DNA of 60,612 bases from Thermomicrobiales bacterium (GCA_020853615.1 JADYYO010000074.1:1-60612), one strand, 5' to 3'; shown: positions 1 to 9,755, counted from the first letter of the stretch. Notes: generated by a model not told the origin, from the letters alone. Made by a program: numbers and translations.

Positions 1-1
1 A

Positions 2-1531
2 TCAGGCCTCGGTTGACGTTCCGAGTTCCGTCAAATAGCGGAGGAGGGTCCGCACGCCGACGCCGGTCGCGCCTTTCGGTCCCGTGGCGGTCGCCTTCGA
101 CTGGCGCGAGGCCGGGGCGATGTCGAGGTGCGCCCAGGGAAGCCCCTCCCGGAAATGCTGCAGGAAGAGCGCCCCCGTGATCGCCCCGCCCGCGCGCCCG
201 CCCGTGTTCTTGATGTCGCCGACCTCCCCCTCGATCTGCTCCTCCAGCTCGGGGAAGAGCGGCATCCGCCACATCCGCTCCCCTGTCTCGCCGGCCGCCT
301 CGAGGAGCGCGTCAGCCAGCCGGTCGTCCGAGGCGAAGAGGGCGGTCGCCCCGTTGCCGAGGGCGACAACGGCCGCCCCGGTCAGAGTTGCCAGGTCGAT
401 CAGCTCGGTCGCGCCGCGTCGGGCCGTGTCGACCAGCCCGTCGGCGAGGACCAGCCGCCCCTCGGCGTCGGTCGAGAGGATCTCCATCGTCACGCCGTTC
501 ATCCCGGTGAGAACATCGCCGGGGCGGAAGGCGGTGCCGGAGATCATGTTCTCGGCGGCGCAGATCGTCGCCTCGACCGGCACGCGGCAGCCGAGGTCGC
601 GCAGGGCCGACATGGCGCCGAGGACGGCCGCGCCCCCCGCCATGTCCCCCTTCATCTCGAGCATCCCCTCGTACGGCTTGATCGAGTAGCCGCCGGTATC
701 GAAGGTGATCGCCTTGCCGACCAGCCCCGGCACGGGGCGACCCTCGCTGCTCCCCTCCGGCTCGTAGCGGAGGCGGATCATGCGCGGCGGGTGCGCGCTC
801 CCCCCGCCGACCGCCAGCGTCGCGTTCGCCCCGATCGCCGCCAGCTCCTCCGGCCCCAGGATCTCCACCTGCAAGCCTGCCTCCCGCGCGACGACCGCCG
901 CCCGATCGGCCAGCGTCTCTGGGGTGAGCACCGAGGCTGGCTCGTTGCCGAGGTCGCGCGCGAGGTCGACCGCCCGGGCGGTCGCCGCCGCGCGGTCGAG
1001 CGCCCGGCCTGCCGCCTCGGGCGCAACCGCCTCATCGATAAAGGTGACGGTCTCGACCTCGCGCGACTTTACGCTCGATGGCGCCGCCGCCCCGCGATAG
1101 GCGTCGAAGCGATAGAGTCCCAGTCGCGCACCGATGGCGCCCGCCTCGATCGCTGCCGCCGTGTCGAGCCCCCAGTCGCCATCGGGCAGCGCGACCACGA
1201 TCTCCGTCGCCCCGGCCGAGCGCGCCGCCTGCGCCGCCGCGCCGACCGCCCGCGTGAACGCCTCCGCCTCGAACCGATCGAGATCGCCGACTCCCGCCGC
1301 GACGAGACGGCGCGCGGCGAGGCAGCGGAAGGTCGGCAGCGTCAGCGTCTCGGCCGTCTTGCCGGAGAATTGCGCCTCCTGCAACGCCTCCAGCAGTCCG
1401 CCCTCGAGCATCGCGTCGAAGGCCATGCCCGCCTGTGTCAGCACCGGCTTCCCATCCCGCGCCGCGACCGGCAGCACCACCGCCTGCGCGGGCAGTTTGG
1501 TGACATCGGCAGCGTCAAATCGCACGTCCAC
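2..1531 (-). CDS. pepA: Leucyl aminopeptidase, M17 family
   Basis: ORF 2..1690(-). M17 catalytic-domain signatures KGDMAGGAAV and ILSTDAEGRLVLADGL. Start moved to GTG at 1531, which is preceded by GGAGAG. The 53 ORF codons upstream are Arg/Pro-rich and look non-coding. Confidence 0.9.
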   Translation of the reverse strand: MDVRFDAADVTKLPAQAVVLPVAARDGKPVLTQAGMAFDAMLEGGLLEALQEAQFSGKTAETLTLPTFRCLAARRLVAAGVGDLDRFEAEAFTRAVGAAAQAARSAGATEIVVALPDGDWGLDTAAAIEAGAIGARLGLYRFDAYRGAAAPSSVKSREVETVTFIDEAVAPEAAGRALDRAAATARAVDLARDLGNEPASVLTPETLADRAAVVAREAGLQVEILGPEELAAIGANATLAVGGGSAHPPRMIRLRYEPEGSSEGRPVPGLVGKAITFDTGGYSIKPYEGMLEMKGDMAGGAAVLGAMSALRDLGCRVPVEATICAAENMISGTAFRPGDVLTGMNGVTMEILSTDAEGRLVLADGLVDTARRGATELIDLATLTGAAVVALGNGATALFASDDRLADALLEAAGETGERMWRMPLFPELEEQIEGEVGDIKNTGGRAGGAITGALFLQHFREGLPWAHLDIAPASRQSKATATGPKGATGVGVRTLLRYLTELGTSTEA

Positions 1532-1632
1532 GAGTCTCTCTCCTCGCTCGTCGCTCTGGCGCCTCGTTCCACGAGGCTCTTCTGCCAGAACTCTACGCGA
1601 GTTGCAGTGCCCATGCAGGTTGCCTCCCGGGT

Positions 1633-1751
1633 GTAGGGGCGACGCCTGTGTCGCCCGGGCTGCATCCGCCACGATCACCGAAGACGGCAATGGCGGTGTC
1701 AGGAGTGAACCGCCCGGCAGGGGACCCGGGCGACACAGGTGCCGCCCCTAC
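1633..1751. repeat. Inverted pair of 27-nt GC-rich REP-like units in the pepA/dnaA intergenic region
   Basis: GTAGGGGCGACGCCTGTGTCGCCCGGG (1633-1659) and CCCGGGCGACACAGGTGCCGCCCCTAC (1725-1751) are reverse complements apart from 2 central bases. The first unit is itself a hairpin (GGGCGAC-N6-GTCGCCC). Confidence 0.75.
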
Positions 1752-1806
1752 GATGCTGACCGCGGGAGAATTGCGTCAAATCCAGCAGAGTGATACGATC
1801 GGCCCA

Positions 1807-3321
1807 ATGTCCGTGCATGGCGTACGGACATGGGCGGGGGACGTGGTGCATCGAGGCGATCCGACGACGCGGGTAGAGGTTGGCGCCGATCTGATCTGGC
1901 GCGCCGTGCTCGCCGATCTGCAGGAGGCGCTGCCAGCCAGCTCCTTCGAGTGGCTGCGCAATACGACGCTGATCGAATTCGCCGCCGACGACGCGGCGAC
2001 GATTCAGGTGCCGGACCGCGCCGCCGCCGAGACGCTGCGGCGGCGCTTCGCGCGCGACATCGAACGGACCCTCTCCCAGCGCGTCGGGCGCCCCGTCTCG
2101 GTCGCCTTCGAAGCGGCGAACCAAGCACCGGCCGCCGTGCGCTCGCCGGCTCCCGAGCAGGAGCAGGCGTTTTCGCCGCCGTCGAGGCAGGCGGCCAGCG
2201 AGCGGCGCCGGCCGTCTCCCGCAGGGCGTTCCAAAGCGCCGGCCGATGCGCACCAGCTCAGGCAGATGGCGCTCGAGCCGCCGCGCGGCATCGGCCTCAA
2301 CCCCCGCTACGTGCTGCGGACGTACGTCGTCGGCTCGGCCAACCGCTTCGCCCACGCGGCGGGGGTCTCGGTCGCCGACCATCCGGGCGGCAAGTTCAAC
2401 CCCCTCTTCATTCACGGCGGGGTCGGCCTCGGCAAGACCCATCTCCTGCACGCGGTCGGCCATCGCGCGCTCGATCTCCACCCCGGCCTGCAGGTCTCCT
2501 ACGTGACCTCGGAGAAGTTCACCAACGACCTGATCGCCGCGATCCGGCTGCAGCGGACCGACGAGTTTCGCGCCCGCTACCGCGAGATCGACATCCTGAT
2601 GATCGACGACATCCAGTTCATCGCCGGTAAGGAGAGCACGCAGGAGGAGTTCTTCCACACCTTCAATGCCCTCTACCAGAGCGGCAAGCAGGTGATCATC
2701 TCCAGCGACAAGCCGCCTAAGGCGATCTCCGCCCTCGAAGAGCGGCTTCGCTCCCGCTTCGAAGGCGGCCTCATCGCCGACGTCCAGCTTCCCGACTACG
2801 AGATGCGGATCGCGATCCTGCGCTTGAAGGGGGAAGAGCTCGATCTCGACCTCCCCGCCGATGTCGCGGAGTACATCGCGCAGAAGGACCAGAAGAACAT
2901 CCGCGAACTGGAGGGGGCGCTGAACAAGGTGGTGGCCCGGTCGCAGTTGACCGGCGAGCCGATGACGCTGGCGCTGGCGATGGAGGCGCTCACCGACCAG
3001 GCCCCGGGCGGGCGGCGCGGCAAGATCAGCGCCGACGAGGTGATCGACGCCGTCATCGGCCACTTCGCCGTCGGTCGCCGCGAGTTGGCGGGCCGCTCCC
3101 GCACGAAGGAGATCGTCCTGCCCCGCCAGGTCGCGATGTATCTCCTGCGCGCCGAAACCGACGCCTCGCTCCTCGAAATCGGCGGCGCTCTCGGTGGCCG
3201 CGACCACACCACCGTCCTGCACGGCATCCGGCAGGTCGAGCGCTCGATGGCGAACGATGCCGCGCTCCGCTCGCGCGTGCTCGCGATCCGCGAGGCGATC
3301 GTCGCGGGGGACAGGGTGTAG
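1807..3321 (+). CDS. dnaA: Chromosomal replication initiator protein DnaA
   Basis: ORF 1648..3321(+). Walker A GGVGLGKTHL, Walker B ILMIDDIQF, sensor and domain IV motifs (LPRQVAMYLLR, DHTTVLHG). Start uncertain: ATG 1807 chosen, GTG 1843/1846 also possible. The first in-frame start of the ORF, at 1648, would place the REP repeats inside coding sequence. Confidence 0.9.
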   Translation: MSVHGVRTWAGDVVHRGDPTTRVEVGADLIWRAVLADLQEALPASSFEWLRNTTLIEFAADDAATIQVPDRAAAETLRRRFARDIERTLSQRVGRPVSVAFEAANQAPAAVRSPAPEQEQAFSPPSRQAASERRRPSPAGRSKAPADAHQLRQMALEPPRGIGLNPRYVLRTYVVGSANRFAHAAGVSVADHPGGKFNPLFIHGGVGLGKTHLLHAVGHRALDLHPGLQVSYVTSEKFTNDLIAAIRLQRTDEFRARYREIDILMIDDIQFIAGKESTQEEFFHTFNALYQSGKQVIISSDKPPKAISALEERLRSRFEGGLIADVQLPDYEMRIAILRLKGEELDLDLPADVAEYIAQKDQKNIRELEGALNKVVARSQLTGEPMTLALAMEALTDQAPGGRRGKISADEVIDAVIGHFAVGRRELAGRSRTKEIVLPRQVAMYLLRAETDASLLEIGGALGGRDHTTVLHGIRQVERSMANDAALRSRVLAIREAIVAGDRV

Positions 3322-3389
3322 GGCAATCCGGGCCGGGGGTATCCCGCGACTGGACACCCTGCTTCTTGCGTCGACCATTACCCCCGGTC

Positions 3390-3595
3390 CCTCGCCCTGT
3401 GCGCAGGGCGAGGAGAGCGTGTGGCGAGATGCCGTGGCACTCCCGCAATAGTGTGGAAGCGCGACGATGCCGCATGACGGCATGGCCAGACGACCCGTCC
3501 CTGCGGTCACGGCATGTCGACGTCAGCACTCCCCTCGCCCACCGCAGTGGGCGAGGGGCCGGGGGTGAGGGTTACTCAGGGGCCGGGGGTGAGGG
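3390..3595. repeat. Cluster of REP-like GC hairpins and a 2-copy tandem between the convergent dnaA and cytochrome c genes
   Basis: Hairpin CCTCGCCCTG-TGCG-CAGGGCGAGG (3390-3413). Hairpin CCCCTCGCCCAC-CGCA-GTGGGCGAGGGG (3531-3558). GGGGCCGGGGGTGAGGG occurs twice (3555-3571, 3579-3595; period 24). The hairpins may act as terminators, but no U tracts follow them. Confidence 0.7.
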
Positions 3596-3604
3596 GATTC
3601 CGTC

Positions 3605-4075
3605 CTACTTTGTCGCCTCGGCGTGCAGATAGGCGGCGAGGTCCTTGACCTGCTTGTCGGTGATTTCAGACGCTTTGTAAGGACCCGGCGGCGTGTGGCC
3701 CTCGCCCTCGCGGATCATCGGCAGCAGCGTATCCCCGCTAACTGAAGCGCCGGGGCCGCCCGGCGCGCGAATGTCGGGGCCGGAGCCGCCGGGACCGTGG
3801 CAGCCCGAGCACCAGGTTTCGAATTGCGTCGCCCCTTCGCTCACGTCGCCGAGGGCGACGGCGCCGGGAGAGCTGAGGGCGAGGGCGTGCGCGGTCGAGG
3901 TCGCGCCCGCGCGAGCCGTCGCGGAGGCGATCGCCTCGGCGCTCATCGTCGGCGTCGGCGTAATGCCGAGGGCCTGGTTGATCTGCTCTTCGGTGGCCCG
4001 GCCGCAGGCGGCCGCGAAGAGGGCCACCGCGATGACCGTGGTCAGCAGCGTCAGTCGTCGGCGCACTGATTCCAT
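3605..4075 (-). CDS. Class I c-type cytochrome, probable lipoprotein
   Basis: ORF 3605..4243(-). Heme-binding CSGCH motif. Start moved to ATG 4075, giving signal peptide [24 protein letters not shown] with a lipobox-like AAAC. The upstream ORF part is Arg/Pro-rich. Confidence 0.8.
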   Translation of the reverse strand: MESVRRRLTLLTTVIAVALFAAACGRATEEQINQALGITPTPTMSAEAIASATARAGATSTAHALALSSPGAVALGDVSEGATQFETWCSGCHGPGGSGPDIRAPGGPGASVSGDTLLPMIREGEGHTPPGPYKASEITDKQVKDLAAYLHAEATK

Positions 4076-4172
4076 CCCGTTCTGATTGCCGGCGCATCGT
4101 CGCGCGGTCACGGCAGCAGCGGAGAACGTTGAACGCTGGATCGTCGGTCCATTGATAGGCGACGTGATGGTA

Positions 4173-5012
4173 TCAATCCGCGGCCGACTTGTCAGCCGCG
4201 GGCGCCGCGGGCGCCGGAAATGCCTCGCGCCGCCCCGGCGCATGGATCAGGGCGAGGAGCGCGACGCCGGCGGCGATCAACGCCCAACTCAGCCAGAACG
4301 CGGCGGGCAGCGGGCCGATGTAGAGGCTGTCGGTGCGGATCCGCTCGATCAGGAAGCGCGCGACCCCGTAGGCGATGAGGTAGATGGCCAGCACGTCGCC
4401 GTGGCGAAGCCGCCGCGACTGCGGGACGCGAAGCGCGATGGCAGTCAGGATGATCGCGTTCGCCAGATTGAAGAGCGATTCGTAGAGAAAGGTCGGGTGG
4501 AAGCGGTCGAAGGCGGCAAACTGCGGCGGCCGGTGAGCGGGGTCGATCCAGAGGCCCCAGGGGAGGGTCGTGGGGGTACCGAAGGCCTCCTGGTTCGCCC
4601 AGTTCCCCCAGCGCCCGATCGCCTGCGCCAGAGCGACCCCCGGGATGATGGCGTCGGTCCAGCGCAGGAAGGGCTGACGAGCGCGCCAGCAGAGGATCGC
4701 GAAGGCGATGACCCCGGCGATGAGCGCGCCGTGATACGAGAGCCCGCCGAGCCGGATATTGATCGCCTCGAGCGGGTGGTCGAGAAAGTATTGACCGCGC
4801 AGGAGGACATAATAGACCCGTGCCCCGACGATCGCGGCGAGGACGACCCAGGGCGCGCCATCCAGCACCCAGTCCGGGTCGAGGTCGAGCCGGGCCGCCA
4901 AGGCGCGCGTCATTGCGATGCCCGCGACGATGCCCGCCAGCATGAAAAGCGCGTACCAGCGGATGTCGATGCCAAGGAGCGAGAACGCGACGGGGTCAGG
5001 TGGGGAGGGCAT
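4173..5012 (-). CDS. lgt: Prolipoprotein diacylglyceryl transferase
   Basis: ORF 4173..5066(-). Multi-pass membrane protein with the Lgt signature GRWGNWANQEAFG. ATG at 5012 overlaps the stop of the upstream kinase gene (TGATG). Confidence 0.9.
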   Translation of the reverse strand: MPSPPDPVAFSLLGIDIRWYALFMLAGIVAGIAMTRALAARLDLDPDWVLDGAPWVVLAAIVGARVYYVLLRGQYFLDHPLEAINIRLGGLSYHGALIAGVIAFAILCWRARQPFLRWTDAIIPGVALAQAIGRWGNWANQEAFGTPTTLPWGLWIDPAHRPPQFAAFDRFHPTFLYESLFNLANAIILTAIALRVPQSRRLRHGDVLAIYLIAYGVARFLIERIRTDSLYIGPLPAAFWLSWALIAAGVALLALIHAPGRREAFPAPAAPAADKSAAD

Positions 5013-5980
5013 CAGGCGCTCTGGAGAAAGGCATCGAGTTGCTCGCGATTCGGCAGGCCGTTCCACGCCCCCGGCTCGGTCGTCGCCAGCGCGCCCGCCG
5101 CTGCCGCGTAGCGCACGTCGGTCTCCGTCAGGGGCGCCCAGCCGGAGGCGAGGAGCCGCGCGATGAGCGCCGCCGAGAAGGCGTCGCCCGCGCCGGTCGG
5201 CTCGACCGCCTGCACGCGAATCGCCGGCACATGGCAGACCTTGCCGTCGGCAGTGGCGAACCAGCAGCCGCGCTCGCCGTCGGTGAGCACGACGTGGGCC
5301 GGGCCCAGGCCCCGCACGCGGTCGATCGCCGCTTCGGGCGTGATCCCGGCTCCAAAGAGGCCGGCGGCATCGTCGAGACTCAGCTTCACCAGCCGGCTCT
5401 GCCGGGCGATCCCCTCGCAGAGGGGAATCGCCTCGTTCGGGTCCGCCCAGACGGCCGGCCGGAGGTTGACATCGAAGACGACGGACACGCCGGAGGCGTT
5501 GGCGATCTCCACGGCTCGCTCGATCGTCGCTCGCGACGACGCTGCCGCCAGGGAGACCGAGCCGATGACGATCGCCGCGAGCGATGGAATGCCCGCGCTC
5601 TCGGCATCGCGGGGGTTCAAATCGGTGTCGGCGCCGCGCAGGAGCCAGAAGTGTCCGTCGCCGCGAGCGTCCTTCCAGGCAAAGGCCAGGGTCGTGGCCG
5701 CGTCGCTCACGTCGCGCAGACGGGAGACGTCGACCCCTTCCGCCGCGAGCTCGGCGCGCAGACGCGTGCCGAAGGGGTCGCTCCCGACCACCCCGCAGAA
5801 GGCGCTCGGCAGCCCAAGCCGGGCGAGCGCGACGGTGACATTCGCTGGCGCCCCGCCCGATCTCGCCACGAACTCGTTGGCCGTATCGAGCGAGGGGGCG
5901 CCGTCGGTAACGATGAAATCGATCAGAACTTCGCCGAACGAGAGGACGGGGCGTTGGTTGGAGGGCGCCTCGGTCGACAT
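5012..5980 (-). CDS. PfkB-family carbohydrate kinase (fructokinase / ketodeoxygluconokinase-like)
   Basis: N-terminal GGAPANVTVALARLG and C-terminal PfkB signature EPTGAGDAFSAALI. Substrate cannot be assigned from sequence. Confidence 0.85.
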   Translation of the reverse strand: MSTEAPSNQRPVLSFGEVLIDFIVTDGAPSLDTANEFVARSGGAPANVTVALARLGLPSAFCGVVGSDPFGTRLRAELAAEGVDVSRLRDVSDAATTLAFAWKDARGDGHFWLLRGADTDLNPRDAESAGIPSLAAIVIGSVSLAAASSRATIERAVEIANASGVSVVFDVNLRPAVWADPNEAIPLCEGIARQSRLVKLSLDDAAGLFGAGITPEAAIDRVRGLGPAHVVLTDGERGCWFATADGKVCHVPAIRVQAVEPTGAGDAFSAALIARLLASGWAPLTETDVRYAAAAGALATTEPGAWNGLPNREQLDAFLQSA

Positions 5981-5983
5981 CGC

Positions 5984-8281
5984 CTAGATCGCCGACGAGC
6001 GTTCGACAGGGACACCGGGCGCGCGGCGGACCTCGTGGACCTCGCGAACGCTCTCCAGCTTCTGCAGAATCGTGCTCAACTGGCCAATCCCCTCCACCTC
6101 GATCGTCGCCCGCAACGTCACGGTGCGGTCATCGTGCGTCGTTGTGGTCAGGCTGAGGATATTGACACGGGCGTCGGCGAGCACCGTGCTCACGTCCTTC
6201 AGCAGTCCGACCCGATCCCATGCCTCGACCTGGACGGTGACCGGGAACGTGCGCTCGCCATGGTCGCCCCACGTCACCGGCACCAGCCGCTCCGGCTCTG
6301 AGACGTTCTGCACGTTCGGGCAGTCTACCCGGTGGACAGTGACGCCGCGCCCGCGCGTCACATAGCCGATGATCGGGTCGCCATTCACCGGCCGGCAGCA
6401 GGTCGCCAGGTTCGTCAGCAGGTCGCCGACGCCCATCACCTGCAGGCGCGGCGGCGTGCGCGGCGTCTGCAGGTGCGGAGACGAGAGGATCTGCTCCTGC
6501 TCTGGCTGCTGGGCGAGCCGGACGGCGATGCGCTGCGGGGAGACCGCCCCGTAGCCGATCGCGGCGAGGAGATCGTCGTACTTCGGATACTGCGGGAACT
6601 CCTTGAGGAGATCTTCCGGCTTCAACTCGACGCTGAGCCGGCGTAGCTCGCGCTCCAGAATGTCCCGCCCCTGCGCGATGTTCTCCTCGCGCTCCTGGCT
6701 CCGGAACCAGCGCCGGATCTTCTCTCGGGCCGAGGCGGTGGTCACATACTCGGACCCCGAGAGGAGCCAATCGCGGTTCGGGCCGGTGCGCGTGCGGCTG
6801 GTGACGATCTTGACAACCTGGCCGTTCTGCAGCTTGTAGTCGAGCGGCACGAGGTGGTCGTTGATCCGGGCGCCGACGCACTGGTGGCCGATCTCGGTGT
6901 GGATGCGATAGGCGAAATCAACCGGCGTGGCGCCGGCCGGAAGCTCGATGATATCGCCTTTCGGGGTGAAGACGTAGATCTGCTCCTGGAAGACGTCCGA
7001 CTTGAGCGACTCGACGAACTCCTCGGCGTCCGCCACCTGGTCACGCCACTCCATGAGCTGGCGCAGCCACGCGACCTTGGCCTCGACGCGTGCGTCGGAG
7101 CGGCCCCCCTCCTTGTAGCGCCAGTGGGCGGCTACCCCATGCTCGGCGATGCGGTGCATCTCGCGGCTGCGGATCTGGATCTCGATCGGATGGCCGCCCG
7201 GACCGACCACCGCCGTGTGCAGCGACTGGTACATGCTGTCCTTCGGCGTGGCGATGTAGTCGTCGAACTCCCCCGGCACCGGGTGCCAGCGGGCGTGCAC
7301 GACGCCGAGGGCGCCGTAGCAGTCCTTGCGGTCGTTCACCAGGATGCGCAGGCCGATCACATCGTAGATCTCGTCCATGCTGCGCCCCTTGGCGAGCATC
7401 TTCCGGTAGATCGAGTAGATGTGCTTCGTCCGCCCGGTGATTTCGGCCTCGATGCCGGCCTCGGTCAGCACCTGCAGCAGTTCCGCCTTGACCTTCTCGA
7501 TGTAGGGGGCGGAGTTGCGCGCGCGCTGCTCGAACTCGGTCGTCAGCGCGCGGTAGGCCTCCGGGTTGAGGTACTTGAAGGCGAGATCTTCCAGCTCCGA
7601 CTTGAACTGCCAGATGCCGAGGCGGTTGGCGAGTGGCGCGTAGATCTCCAGCGTCTGGCGCGAGATGCGGCGCTGCTTTTCGCGGGGGAGCGCGTCGAGC
7701 GTCCGCATGTTGTGCAGGCGGTCGGCGAGCTTGATCAGGACGACGCCGATATCGTCGACCATCGCCAGGAACATCTTGCGCAGGTTTTCGGCCTGATGCG
7801 TCTTCTCCCGCGAGCCGGAGCTCTCCGCATGCTCCTTGGTCCAGGGGATGCGTCCCAGCTTGGAGACGCCGTCGACGAGGCGGGCGACGCGCGGGCCAAA
7901 TGCCTCTTCGATCTCCTCGAGCTCGACGGGGGTATCCTCGACCACGTCGTGCAGGAGGGCGCCGGCGATTGTCTCCGAGTCGAGCTGAATCCGCGCGAGG
8001 ATGGTGGCCACGGCGATCGGGTGGACGACGTACGGCTCGCCCGACTTGCGCAGATCGGTCCCATGCGCCGCCACTGCGAAGCGCGCGGCGCGCAGGACGA
8101 GATCGAGATTGGCCGCCGGCGACGACGCCTTGATCGTGGCGATCAGATGGTCGATGGCGCCCTGGATGATGGGGGGAAACGGCTCCTCGGGCGGCGCCGC
8201 GAGCAGGACGCTATCTCCCGGGGTCAGCGCGGAAGCGGCTGCTGGCGACGGCTCGGTGGCCGCCGAACGCCTGGGAGACAT
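5984..8281 (-). CDS. relA: Bifunctional (p)ppGpp synthetase/hydrolase, RelA/SpoT family
   Basis: 765 aa. HD hydrolase motif HDVVEDT, synthetase-domain HIYSIYRKM, then TGS and C-terminal ACT-like regions. Confidence 0.93.
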   Translation of the reverse strand: MSPRRSAATEPSPAAASALTPGDSVLLAAPPEEPFPPIIQGAIDHLIATIKASSPAANLDLVLRAARFAVAAHGTDLRKSGEPYVVHPIAVATILARIQLDSETIAGALLHDVVEDTPVELEEIEEAFGPRVARLVDGVSKLGRIPWTKEHAESSGSREKTHQAENLRKMFLAMVDDIGVVLIKLADRLHNMRTLDALPREKQRRISRQTLEIYAPLANRLGIWQFKSELEDLAFKYLNPEAYRALTTEFEQRARNSAPYIEKVKAELLQVLTEAGIEAEITGRTKHIYSIYRKMLAKGRSMDEIYDVIGLRILVNDRKDCYGALGVVHARWHPVPGEFDDYIATPKDSMYQSLHTAVVGPGGHPIEIQIRSREMHRIAEHGVAAHWRYKEGGRSDARVEAKVAWLRQLMEWRDQVADAEEFVESLKSDVFQEQIYVFTPKGDIIELPAGATPVDFAYRIHTEIGHQCVGARINDHLVPLDYKLQNGQVVKIVTSRTRTGPNRDWLLSGSEYVTTASAREKIRRWFRSQEREENIAQGRDILERELRRLSVELKPEDLLKEFPQYPKYDDLLAAIGYGAVSPQRIAVRLAQQPEQEQILSSPHLQTPRTPPRLQVMGVGDLLTNLATCCRPVNGDPIIGYVTRGRGVTVHRVDCPNVQNVSEPERLVPVTWGDHGERTFPVTVQVEAWDRVGLLKDVSTVLADARVNILSLTTTTHDDRTVTLRATIEVEGIGQLSTILQKLESVREVHEVRRAPGVPVERSSAI

Positions 8282-8489
8282 GGCAACGTTTGCTTTCAGA
8301 GGTGAACCCGTGTTTCAAGGATCCCGTAAGCAGGAAAGTCTAGTGAAATTGGGGGCATCCGTCAAATCGGTTCGCAATGTCGCGCTCGCCGGCGGCGGAC
8401 CGGCATCTCGTCGGCGCGAGCGGCAATCGGCTCGGGCCGCGGCCAATGAGTACCATACCGTATCGACGGGGATGCAGGAGGAGCACGCA

Positions 8490-9755
8490 ATGATGTCAGG
8501 GCGCGCGGCCGTGAGCCGGACAACCGAGACGGCGACCGACCGCCTGCTTCATCCACAGGAAGCGCGCGAGATCATCGCACGGTTTCTCTACGCGCTCCCC
8601 GAGGAGATGGTCCCGCTCGCCGCCGCGCCGTGGCGAGTGCTCGCGCGCGATGTTGTCGCCACCGAGGACCACCCCCCATTTCCCGCGGCGACAATGGACG
8701 GTTACGCCGTCGTGGCCGAAGATCCGTCGCCCTGGCGCGAGATCGTGGGCCGGCAGACGGCAGGCTCGGTTGCGCCGATCGCCGTCGATCTCGGCACCGC
8801 CGCCTGGATTACGACCGGGGCGCCCGTCCCCCCCGGCGCGACGGCGGTGGTGCCCGTCGAGGCGACGGAGATCGCCGACGACCACGTGATCGTTCATGAG
8901 GAGCGGATCGAGCCGGGCGCCAATATCCGCCCCATCGGGGTCGACCTGGCGAAAGGAACCCGCGTGCTGGCGGCCGGCAGCCTCATCGGCCCGGCGGAGA
9001 TCGGGTTGCTGGCCGCGCTCGGAGTCGATCCGGTCCCGGTCGTGCACCGGCCCCGGGTCAGCATCCTCTCGACCGGGAACGAGTTGGTCGAGCCCGCGCA
9101 ACAGCCGGGCCCGGGACAGATCCGCGACTCGAACCGCTTCAGCCTCATCGCCGCGGCCGAGGAGACGGGCGCCGAGGTCGTCTGGAGCGGGCGCGGGCCC
9201 GACGAGATGGACGCCCTGCGCGCGGCGCTGCTGGCCCGAATCGCCGACAGCGACGTGGTCATTACCAGCGGCGGCGTCTCCATGGGCGACCTTGACCTGA
9301 TCAAGCCGCTGCTGGGGGAGCTGGCGGTGGTGCACTTCCGGCGCCTCTTCATGAAGCCGGGCAAGCCGTTCAACTTTGCCACCGCCGGCAAGACGCTGAT
9401 CTTCGGCCTCCCCGGCAACCCGGTCTCGGCGCTCGTCGGCTTCGAAATCTTCATCCGGCCGGCGCTCCGCACGCTGCAGGGGATGCGCGAGATCGATCGG
9501 CCGCTGACGCGCGTGCGCCTCGTGCGGGCCGCGTACTCCTCGGACCGGATCGAGTACCAGCGCGCGGTCGTCAGCATCGACGAGGATGGCGAACTGGTCG
9601 CCGCGACGACTGGCTCGCAGGCGTCGTCCCGGCTGGCGTCGCTGCTCGGCGCCAACGCGCTGATCGTCATCCCGCCCGGATCCGAACCGATCGAGGCCGG
9701 GGCGCGGGTCGACGCGGTGCTGATCGGTCCATTGCAGGGGCCGGCCGGCCGTTGA
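8490..9755 (+). CDS. moeA: Molybdopterin molybdenumtransferase MoeA
   Basis: ORF 8001..9755(+) overlaps relA. Real start taken as ATG 8490, with AGGAGGAG 6 nt upstream. MoeA motifs MDGYAV and TSGGVSMGDLD. Confidence 0.9.
   Translation: MMSGRAAVSRTTETATDRLLHPQEAREIIARFLYALPEEMVPLAAAPWRVLARDVVATEDHPPFPAATMDGYAVVAEDPSPWREIVGRQTAGSVAPIAVDLGTAAWITTGAPVPPGATAVVPVEATEIADDHVIVHEERIEPGANIRPIGVDLAKGTRVLAAGSLIGPAEIGLLAALGVDPVPVVHRPRVSILSTGNELVEPAQQPGPGQIRDSNRFSLIAAAEETGAEVVWSGRGPDEMDALRAALLARIADSDVVITSGGVSMGDLDLIKPLLGELAVVHFRRLFMKPGKPFNFATAGKTLIFGLPGNPVSALVGFEIFIRPALRTLQGMREIDRPLTRVRLVRAAYSSDRIEYQRAVVSIDEDGELVAATTGSQASSRLASLLGANALIVIPPGSEPIEAGARVDAVLIGPLQGPAGR

Noticed and set aside
1648-1806. Long N-terminal extensions offered by the ORF track. 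Examples include dnaA from 1648, pepA to 1690, cytochrome c to 4243, moeA from 8001, the M16 peptidase to 31297 and rph to 59152.
   Set aside because: The extensions are Arg/Pro/Ser-rich, lack homology to the family N-termini, often overlap neighbouring genes, and have internal starts with Shine-Dalgarno sequences at the conserved N-terminus.
3555-3595. CRISPR-like direct repeat (GGGGCCGGGGGTGAGGG twice, 24-nt period).
   Set aside because: There are only two copies, the spacer is 7 nt, and there are no cas genes. It is consistent with REP-type intergenic repeats.
1532-3604. Possible oriC with DnaA boxes next to dnaA.
   Set aside because: The best matches to TTATCCACA/TGTGGATAA I could find were 5-6 of 9, with no cluster and no AT-rich unwinding element. 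Not supportable without GC-skew or whole-genome data. The absence is kept as an observation in findings.
8282-8489. Moco riboswitch upstream of moeA in the relA/moeA divergent region, suggested by an imperfect GC stem around 8388-8430.
   Set aside because: I cannot match the Moco motif consensus by eye. The stem is imperfect and could be incidental GC pairing. It remains unclaimed pending an Infernal scan with RF01055.
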